IMG/VR virus record: IMGVR_UViG_3300035156_000138
Coordinates: 1-64,000 of that record
Source: a virus
Reading direction: 5' to 3' (one strand)
DNA: 64,000 bases
In this document: in pieces, positions 26,078-32,541 of the stretch
Numbering within the stretch: position 1 is the stretch's first letter
Layout of the letters: each line of letters begins with the position of its first letter
Program-made: the position numbers and the translations under genes
The notes under the pieces: model-generated
What the model was told of the DNA's origin: nothing
Databases searched by the model: none
The model's input: only the letters and a program-made list of their open reading frames with translations

Positions 26078-26127
26078 AAAAAAGAGCAGCCACCACCACC
26101 CAATTAAGGGAGGTAGTAGCTGCTCTT
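26078..26127 (-). terminator. Rho-independent early terminator (- strand)
   Basis: On the - strand: AGAGCAGC...GCTGCTCT followed by TTTTTT (A-run 26078-26083 on +). It lies directly after the stop at 26143 and just upstream of hairpin C. Confidence 0.75.
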
Positions 26128-26142
26128 GTACCGCACTTGGTA

Positions 26143-26424
26143 TTACGCTTCAGGCAGATCGAAGGCGGTATCTTCAGCCGGTGTCGAAGCGTTGTATTCA
26201 ACTTGCAACATGCCGAGGAACAGCGCAGCACGACCAGCAGGATCAGCAGCGAACCATTCAGCAAGAGCACGCTCATTAGCGTACATCTCGCGGCAAGGGA
26301 TTGCACCAACCTTACGGCGGCCACCACCAACGTTAGGCAGGAAGAAATTGATGAAGCCAACAGCCTTCTTGTTAGCAGGAATGCCGGAGGTTGCGGTATT
26401 GGTATTGTCTTTAGCGAATGCCAT
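26143..26424 (-). CDS. Early hypothetical protein
   Basis: The start was moved to 26424 (AAGGA SD). The ORF-track extension to 26478 would run into hairpin B. 93 aa, MAFAKDNTNTATSG... Confidence 0.6.
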   Translation of the reverse strand: MAFAKDNTNTATSGIPANKKAVGFINFFLPNVGGGRRKVGAIPCREMYANERALAEWFAADPAGRAALFLGMLQVEYNASTPAEDTAFDLPEA

Positions 26425-26467
26425 GATAGATAGTCCTTGATATGAGTTGATATGAATTGGAGCGAAT

Positions 26468-26489
26468 CTCCACCACATGGCCGGAGGCC
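26468..26489 (-). promoter_or_regulatory. Candidate vRNAP hairpin promoter (copy B)
   Basis: + strand CTCCACCACA TGGCC GGA GGCCA: 5-bp stem, GGA loop. It lies 55 nt upstream of the ATG at 26424. Confidence 0.6.
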
Positions 26490-26511
26490 ACGTAGCGTAG
26501 ATGGGACTTAA

Positions 26512-26820
26512 TTAATGAAGCACAGTGCCCGGTGGAGCACCATGAATATCAGTGACATTCATTCCATACATATGGAAAACCTCAGAGAGAATACGGCACA
26601 AGCTATCGATAGTAATACCATCGAGAGTATCAGGGTTATACATAACCACAGCTTCATCAATAAGCAATGAAATACCATCAACCTCGTAAAACTCAACGAA
26701 GATGAGGGCATCAGCATATGGATGATGCGGAGTTAGTAACCGAAGTGCTTCGAGCATCATGCTGTGCATCTTTACATTCAGCACAGGTGAGTTAGAGAAG
26801 TCAGGCTTGTTCATGATCAA
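26512..26820 (-). CDS. Early hypothetical protein
   Basis: 102 aa. Confidence 0.55.
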   Translation of the reverse strand: MIMNKPDFSNSPVLNVKMHSMMLEALRLLTPHHPYADALIFVEFYEVDGISLLIDEAVVMYNPDTLDGITIDSLCRILSEVFHMYGMNVTDIHGAPPGTVLH

Positions 26821-27080
26821 CGTACCAATGCTTGCATGACAGATGTGAATGCTTTAGCTGCTTGATTAGCATGTGCTTGTGCCACCAATGCTTGATCTTC
26901 ATCAGGACCAACAGCCACATTAGCGTAGTCATCACCCATGAATGACATCTCATGCAGGTCTTCTGGATCACAATAGGTACCATCCGGCCATACACAGATA
27001 TATTCAAAGTGTTGCGATACAGCGGTAGCAGATACAACAGGATTCAATACATCAGTAGTGATGGTATGCAGATACGACAT
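26817..27080 (-). CDS. Early hypothetical protein
   Basis: The start was moved to 27080 (TAGGAG SD 7 nt upstream), removing the overlap with 27091..27306. Confidence 0.55.
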   Translation of the reverse strand: MSYLHTITTDVLNPVVSATAVSQHFEYICVWPDGTYCDPEDLHEMSFMGDDYANVAVGPDEDQALVAQAHANQAAKAFTSVMQALVR

Positions 27081-27090
27081 GGTGATACTC

Positions 27091-27306
27091 CTATAGTTTG
27101 AGCCAAGTTTGATAGTCGGCTTCAGTGTAGTGGGTTGAATACTTATGATCATGTGAGCACTTCAGCCCCATTAACTGGGACTTATGTGCATCACACGCTT
27201 GTTTGTTAAGGCCAGTTAGATGCCATACGGCCTGTACCTTGTGACCAGCAGCCTTACACCATGGACAATTGGTGATGTGACCTGGCTTGATAGGTCGAAT
27301 CTTCAT
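27091..27306 (-). CDS. Early Cys/His-rich small protein
   Basis: 71 aa. CPWCK...C..H...C.H.H pattern. Confidence 0.55.
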   Translation of the reverse strand: MKIRPIKPGHITNCPWCKAAGHKVQAVWHLTGLNKQACDAHKSQLMGLKCSHDHKYSTHYTEADYQTWLKL

Positions 27307-27527
27307 ACCTTAACAGTCTTACCTATGGCCATTGCCGCTTCACGAGCAGCAGCCATAGCATTGATACGAGCAAGCTGCCACTGAGGTACTGGCAAGCTTA
27401 CTTTAGGTGGATAAGCGCGTGCTACTGGTTGATGGACAGCCAAGGCTTGGGCCTTAGCCAATTCAGCTTCAAGGCGTTGCACTTCAGCGAAGAGCTGAGC
27501 CTTGGTATTACGCATACTCATGGACAT
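27303..27527 (-). CDS. Early hypothetical protein
   Basis: The start was moved to 27527 (AGGAG SD). MSMSMRNTKAQLFAEVQRLEAELAKAQ is coiled-coil-like. Confidence 0.55.
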   Translation of the reverse strand: MSMSMRNTKAQLFAEVQRLEAELAKAQALAVHQPVARAYPPKVSLPVPQWQLARINAMAAAREAAMAIGKTVKV

Positions 27528-27540
27528 GATGATTCTCCTA

Positions 27541-27633
27541 TTACAGTTTGATGGGTGCATTGCAGCGAGTGCAACGACGATATTTAGAGCCCCAATGTAC
27601 GAACGAACAACGAGGACAGATGTATGAACGCAT
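27541..27633 (-). CDS. 30-aa zinc-ribbon micro-protein, first ORF of the early leader (not in the ORF track)
   Basis: AGGAG SD 8 nt upstream of the ATG at 27633. Sequence MRSYICPRCSFVHWGSKYRRCTRCNAPIKL (CxxC...CxxC). Confidence 0.6.
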   Translation of the reverse strand: MRSYICPRCSFVHWGSKYRRCTRCNAPIKL

Positions 27634-27984
27634 GATAGATCTCCTAATATAGATGATTAGACAACTATGACCTATTACATTGCATGGGTGAAGATGTATG
27701 TGAACAGGAATGAGGCAAAGAACACAAGCATGAGCTTAGATGTGGTGTGAGTAGACATAGTATATCGGTGACCTATCGGAATGGTGAAAGGGATGGAAAT
27801 GGGGATGAATGAATGGGTGAATGAGATAGCACAGGTACAACGCAGTGCCATTAGGCACCTGACCCTCACTATCCATCAGACCTGCGACGTAAGTGAGTAC
27901 TCACATACATTGATGATGAACGAGCATGGATGAACAGTGTTCAGTATGAATTCATGAAAAGCCAATGAGGATTACATCATCGGT

Positions 27985-28005
27985 ATCACCACATGACCGG
28001 AGGTC
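27985..28005 (-). promoter_or_regulatory. Candidate vRNAP hairpin promoter (copy A, outermost)
   Basis: + strand ATCACCACAT GACC GGA GGTC: 4 bp plus G.U, GGA loop. It is followed leftward by a ~350-nt ORF-poor leader. Confidence 0.55.
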
Positions 28006-28118
28006 GGGACTCTCTCCCGCCGAGCGCATGTCGACGTAGGAAGTTGAGGGACATGCTGCGCTAGTACTGTCTATACGCTGTAGTGTGTGGTGTTGATTGT
28101 GTAGTGTGTAAAGAACTA

Positions 28119-28140
28119 AGCTCACCCCGAAGGATGAGCT
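28119..28140 (-). terminator. Hairpin terminator after the 74-aa gene
   Basis: AGCTCA..CC CGAA GG..TGAGCT, 7 nt after the stop at 28147. On the - strand it is followed by TAGTTCTTT, a weak U-tract. Confidence 0.45.
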
Positions 28141-28146
28141 ATGTCA

Positions 28147-28371
28147 TTACTCTGCTACTGGTACAGGCACAGGTGCTGGCAATGAAGTCAATGCTGCTTC
28201 AGCTTCTTGAGCCTTGAGTAACTGCTTGCGCTTGTGACGTGACTCGTCGACAAACACACCCGATGACTCATCAGCCCAGGTAGCCAGGTTGTTGAGCGAT
28301 GATGCAGTCTTCTCTGCTGCACTGAACAGTTTGGTAAGGAAGAGGAAGAATGCGGTGAATGCGTGACCCAT
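28147..28371 (-). CDS. Hypothetical small protein with hydrophobic N-terminus
   Basis: The start was moved to 28371 (AGGAG SD). MGHAFTAFFLFLTKLFSAAEK... Confidence 0.55.
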   Translation of the reverse strand: MGHAFTAFFLFLTKLFSAAEKTASSLNNLATWADESSGVFVDESRHKRKQLLKAQEAEAALTSLPAPVPVPVAE

Positions 28372-28481
28372 GGTAGTACTCCTAAAGGATGAAGATGAAT
28401 GATTGCTGATCCACGTTAGATCAACCACAGCATGCGCGGAGCGCCGTTACCGAAGACGAATAGGATCCCTATTTGCGTTTT

Positions 28482-28514
28482 GGTTTTAGCCGGGGGGGTG
28501 GTTTTAGGTTTTAG
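28482..28514. repeat. Three copies of GGTTTTAG flanking a G7 homopolymer
   Basis: GGTTTTAG at 28482-28489, 28500-28507 and 28507-28514. GGGGGGG at 28492-28498. All lie in the divergent intergenic region. Confidence 0.8.
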
Positions 28515-28696
28515 GCTCCTGTACCTCAGTACTGCATCCATCTCCCTATCACCAAAATTATAAAAAGTTGCCATATAAAATTTGCAACTACCATCACGAA
28601 ACCTGCGACATTGTTTCCCTTCCATATGTTTCCTGTGTACAATCCTGTTCATTGTGGCCGATAGTCGGCCGATATACCAATGACAGGGTTCTACCA

Positions 28697-29398
28697 ATGA
28701 CAGCACTCACAGTCCAACAGTTCCAGGATGCTTTGCCAGCCAAGGTGAAGCGTTGTGTCAACCAGACACTGATTGATCAGATCAACCTGACACTTGCTGA
28801 TCCTGGTTTGTATGAGCAGTATCGAGAGAACTTGGTTAGCTATACCAGCGTGATGAACGATGGTAAGTTCAAGATCGAGAGTTACATTGAGGCGGTCAAG
28901 TATGTAAGCCACAAGCTGTTGGGCTGTACGAACATTGATGCCTACACGAAGACGTTTCCAGATAAGTATGCTGCGTTCGTTGCGGCTGGGGTTACGGCCA
29001 AGGATATTGCCAGTTATGTGACGGCTTATAATAAGGGCAAACTTGTCAATTTGATCATGGCTCAGACTCTGGTGCCGAGCTATGTGCTGAACCAGGATTT
29101 GTTTCAACGGGCGTTGAATGTGCAGGCCGACCTGATGATGAATGCCAAGAGCGAAAAGGTAAGGTCAGATGCCGCGGCTCATTTGATGGGGGCATTGAAG
29201 ATGCCTGAAACCATCAAGGTTGAAATGGACATCGGAGTAAAGGAAGATAGTGCAATTGCTCAGCTGCGGGCGACTACGCTGGAGTTGTCACGCCAACAAC
29301 GGTTGATGATCGAGGCTGGGGCGATGAACGCCGAGCAAACAGCACATAGCCGGTTGAACGTTATTGACATGGGCGATGCCCAGGTGGTACGACCATGA
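28697..29398 (+). CDS. Packaging-module protein upstream of TerL (possible small terminase subunit)
   Basis: First ATG of the ORF 28568..29398 (the track start is TTG). 233 aa. The functional guess rests on position only. Confidence 0.55.
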   Translation: MTALTVQQFQDALPAKVKRCVNQTLIDQINLTLADPGLYEQYRENLVSYTSVMNDGKFKIESYIEAVKYVSHKLLGCTNIDAYTKTFPDKYAAFVAAGVTAKDIASYVTAYNKGKLVNLIMAQTLVPSYVLNQDLFQRALNVQADLMMNAKSEKVRSDAAAHLMGALKMPETIKVEMDIGVKEDSAIAQLRATTLELSRQQRLMIEAGAMNAEQTAHSRLNVIDMGDAQVVRP

Positions 29399-29580
29399 AG
29401 AAATTACAAGGATTAATAGTGGGGCTGCTAATTGCGTTAGTTCCAGCGATCATAATCGGGGTAGCTCTAACGTTTATTGCTGGTCCTTGGCTTGGATGGT
29501 TCTGGGCATTTATCTGTTTTGTTATTGGATTAGATATCGTGTTCAACGGAACAAAGGATAAAGATGATTGGACTTACTAA
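29395..29580 (+). CDS. Small membrane protein (2 TM)
   Basis: 61 aa. LIVGLLIALVPAIIIGVALTFIAGPWLGWFWAFICFVIGL. Confidence 0.55.
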   Translation: MKKLQGLIVGLLIALVPAIIIGVALTFIAGPWLGWFWAFICFVIGLDIVFNGTKDKDDWTY

Positions 29581-31231
29581 CGCCGCGGCAGCGGTTGCAC
29601 TGGCAGTTGCTGTGGGTACTGGGCCGGTGGCCCAGGCACTGGAGTCCGCCGCACCTTGGAAAGTGGAAGAATATCTTAACGCCACGTCCTACAGTGTCGA
29701 TCCCAAGTATGTGCCAAGTGAGTTCGCCTTGGAGTTCATCACCTTCATTAAGCTGGTGAATGGTGTAGAGGGTGAGGAGCACAAGACTCCTCTCGTTCAC
29801 TACCATATGCTGGACACCTTGACCAAGGGTGGCAGCCGGATCATCAACCTATGCCATCGCGGTATTGCCAAGACCACTCTGATGGGTGAGTACTTGTTCC
29901 TGTACATCGCTACCTATGGTGAGATTCCTGGCTTCGGTCGTATCGACCTGGCATTGTACGTCTCCGACTCAATTGAGAACGGTGTTAAGAACATGCGGAA
30001 GAACTTGGAATTCCGCTGGGAGAATTCCGACTTCTTGAAGCAGTACATCCCTGAAGCTCACTTCACCGATATCCGTTGGGCATTCCGTAATGCTGATGGC
30101 AAGATGTTTATCATCAAGGGCTATGGTGCTAAGACTGGTGTCCGTGGTGCGAAGGAGATGGGTAAGCGGCCAGGCTTGGCGGTGCTTGATGACTTGATCA
30201 GCGATGAAGATGCACGATCAGCGACTGTCATCAGTGCAGTCGAAGACACTGTGTACAAAGCGGTGAACTACGCGCTTCATCCGACCAAAAACATGATCAT
30301 CTGGTCCGGTACACCGTTCAATGCTAAAGATCCTTTGTACAAGGCAGTTGAGTCGGGGGCTTGGGCAGTCAACGTATTCCCTGTATGCGAGCGCTTTCCC
30401 TGCAGTAAGGAAGAGTTCCGTGGCAGCTGGCCTGATCGCTTCACTTACGAGTATGTAAAGAAGCAGTACGAAGACGCTGTAAAGCTGGGCAAAGTCGAGA
30501 CATTCAACCAGGAGCTGATGCTCCGGATTATGTCCGAAGAGGACCGCCTCGTTAAAGATGAAGACATCCGTTGGTATCGGTTGGAGACCATCCTACAGAA
30601 CCGATCCAAATTCAACTACTTTGTCACGACCGACTTTGCCACGTCGGAGAAGCAAGCCAGTGACTTCAGTGTTATCTCGGTCTGGGCATACAACAGTAAT
30701 GGTGACTGGTTCTGGGTGGACGGGACGTGCAAACGTCAGGACATGGGTAAGAACATGGATGATCTATTCCGGCTGGGCCAGAAGTGGCGACCGCAGGGTG
30801 TAGGTATTGAGGTGTCGGGGCAGCAGGCCGGCTTCATTCCATGGATCCAAGATCAGATGCTGTCGAAGAATATCTATTTCACCCTGGTTTCGGAACTGAA
30901 CAACGGGCAGCCAGGTATCCGACCAAATACGAACAAGATGGCTCGCTTCAACGTGGCTGTTCCCTTGTTCAAGGCAGGTAAGATCTACTTCCCGATTGAG
31001 CTCAAGCGTACACCTGCCATGCTGGAAGCCATAAATGAGTTAGAACTGGTGGCCGTGTCCGGATTCCGGTCCAAGCATGATGACTTCATCGACACCATCT
31101 CGATGCTGCCACTGATGCATGCCTTCAAGCCATCTGAAGAAGCACCCCTTTCTGAGAATGAAAAGAGTGGGATGTGGGAAATCGATACCATGGATGAAGC
31201 CCCAGACCGAATGTCCTCTTACGTTGTTTAA
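29564..31231 (+). CDS. Terminase large subunit
   Basis: 555 aa. P-loop-like LCHRGIAKTT, Walker B LAVLDDLISDE, C-terminal nuclease-type TTDFATSEKQASDFSVISVWA. It lies upstream of the portal. Confidence 0.85.
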   Translation: MIGLTNAAAAVALAVAVGTGPVAQALESAAPWKVEEYLNATSYSVDPKYVPSEFALEFITFIKLVNGVEGEEHKTPLVHYHMLDTLTKGGSRIINLCHRGIAKTTLMGEYLFLYIATYGEIPGFGRIDLALYVSDSIENGVKNMRKNLEFRWENSDFLKQYIPEAHFTDIRWAFRNADGKMFIIKGYGAKTGVRGAKEMGKRPGLAVLDDLISDEDARSATVISAVEDTVYKAVNYALHPTKNMIIWSGTPFNAKDPLYKAVESGAWAVNVFPVCERFPCSKEEFRGSWPDRFTYEYVKKQYEDAVKLGKVETFNQELMLRIMSEEDRLVKDEDIRWYRLETILQNRSKFNYFVTTDFATSEKQASDFSVISVWAYNSNGDWFWVDGTCKRQDMGKNMDDLFRLGQKWRPQGVGIEVSGQQAGFIPWIQDQMLSKNIYFTLVSELNNGQPGIRPNTNKMARFNVAVPLFKAGKIYFPIELKRTPAMLEAINELELVAVSGFRSKHDDFIDTISMLPLMHAFKPSEEAPLSENEKSGMWEIDTMDEAPDRMSSYVV

Positions 31232-31245
31232 TTTATAAGGTAAAT

Positions 31246-31995
31246 ATGCAAAAACTTTCTCAGATTTTCGAGCAGCTGACCCAAGGTGAGCTCTCCCAGG
31301 TATCTATGGGTGGTGCAGCTGCCGGTGAGATCGGTGATGAACAGTATCGCAGTGTCGGTAACCATGTGATGTTGGGCTTGACCTCTCTGTATAAGAGGTT
31401 TGATCTCAAGCGAGGGCAACTGATCATCGAACTTCAAAGCGATCGGATCGTGTACCCCTTGCATAGCAAGTTTGCCGTAGAAGGTAAGAACAGTTTGGAG
31501 CTTGTTCGATACATCAAAGACACACCAGATGATCCGTTTCTCGACGATATCATCAAGATTTTGACTATTTCAGGTGATTCAGGTTATGCATTCAACTTGA
31601 ATGACTACACAGATCACTTCAGCATCGTTACACCTACGATGAACAGCATTCGTGTACCGATTGATGTCGTTAATCCTGGTACTGAGCTGGCCAAAGAGTA
31701 CCGGACAGCTAGTCTGGTGGTAGATTACCAGGCTAACCATCCAAAATTCATGCCGAAGATTGCCGATATCAATCCGATGGCAATCAACATCGAGCTACCT
31801 GACACCCATGTCCAGGCATTGCTCTATTTTGTGGCTTCACGGGTACATAATCCCATCGGTATGGGGGCGGAATTCAATGCTGGCAACAACTGGGCTCAGC
31901 GTTATGAGCTTGAGTGCCAACAGTTGGAAGGTGAAGGGGGGGAAATTGACAGCCTGGATGGCAATACCCGTGCTCAACGTGGGGGTTGGCGATAA
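31246..31995 (+). CDS. Hypothetical virion/packaging-module protein
   Basis: 249 aa. Confidence 0.6.
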   Translation: MQKLSQIFEQLTQGELSQVSMGGAAAGEIGDEQYRSVGNHVMLGLTSLYKRFDLKRGQLIIELQSDRIVYPLHSKFAVEGKNSLELVRYIKDTPDDPFLDDIIKILTISGDSGYAFNLNDYTDHFSIVTPTMNSIRVPIDVVNPGTELAKEYRTASLVVDYQANHPKFMPKIADINPMAINIELPDTHVQALLYFVASRVHNPIGMGAEFNAGNNWAQRYELECQQLEGEGGEIDSLDGNTRAQRGGWR

Positions 31996-32014
31996 TCTGT
32001 ACTAACCAAAGAAA

Positions 32015-32036
32015 AACGGCCCCGATTGGGGCCGTT
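32015..32036. terminator. Bidirectional rho-independent terminator
   Basis: AACGGCCCC GATT GGGGCCGTT with an A-run upstream (giving TTTTTCTTT on the - strand) and TCTCTATTT downstream. It separates 31246..31995 (+) from the dUTPase (-). Confidence 0.8.
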
Positions 32037-32053
32037 CTCTATTTGATGTGGCA

Positions 32054-32476
32054 TTAAGTGCCAGTTGATCCGCCACCACCGCTACCACGGTGGGTGGGGG
32101 TGAGAGCATGGACCAGCTCAGGAGGGGAGTCGAGTACAGGAACCAGCAGGTACTGCAAGATTCTATCACCGGCTGTCCACTTATGGCCATGAAAGTGCTT
32201 TGTTTTCAAGACAACAAACCATTCCCCACGGAAATCTGCATCAATTACACCACAGGTGTTGCTGAGTTCAAGGCCTTGCTTGGATCCCACACCCGACCGG
32301 GGAAGGATAAGGGCCACATAGCCTGCAGGTACCTCGGAAGCAAAGCCAAGCATATGCTTGGTACCTTCATAGTTATTGGCTTGACCGGATTCAGGCATGT
32401 AGATGTCATATGCTCCGGCGAACTTAGTACCTTTGGTGGGTAATTTAAAGTTTGAGTGGTGTGCTATCAGCTTCAT
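32054..32476 (-). CDS. dut: dUTPase (trimeric dUTP diphosphatase)
   Basis: 140 aa. AGAYDIY, ILPRSGVGSK and GVIDADFRGEW motifs. Confidence 0.9.
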   Translation of the reverse strand: MKLIAHHSNFKLPTKGTKFAGAYDIYMPESGQANNYEGTKHMLGFASEVPAGYVALILPRSGVGSKQGLELSNTCGVIDADFRGEWFVVLKTKHFHGHKWTAGDRILQYLLVPVLDSPPELVHALTPTHRGSGGGGSTGT

Positions 32477-32488
32477 GTTAGGTATTCC

Positions 32489-32516
32489 TTTACAGAATTA
32501 GTTTCTATGGGATAAT
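32489..32516 (+). promoter_or_regulatory. Candidate sigma70-type promoter for the portal/head operon
   Basis: TTTACA (32489-32494), 16-nt spacer, GATAAT (32511-32516), about 25 nt upstream of the portal ATG. Confidence 0.35.
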
Positions 32517-32541
32517 CGCTCATCATTTCCATGGGCCAATT

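Noticed and set aside
25635-26478. N-terminal extensions of ORFs 25635..26360 and 26143..26478 given in the track
   Set aside because: The extensions overlap neighbouring genes, a terminator and the hairpin promoters. Internal ATGs at 26000 and 26424 have strong SD sequences.
27675-27869. 64-aa - strand ORF (and an internal 27-aa MSTHTTSKLMLVFF... peptide) in the early leader
   Set aside because: It has no SD and an odd composition. I treat it as part of the untranslated leader or terminal region.
28416-28706. 96-aa - strand ORF and the TTG-initiated 5' extension (28568) of the + strand packaging gene
   Set aside because: They overlap each other in a divergent promoter region, neither has an SD, and the first real ATG of the + ORF is at 28697.
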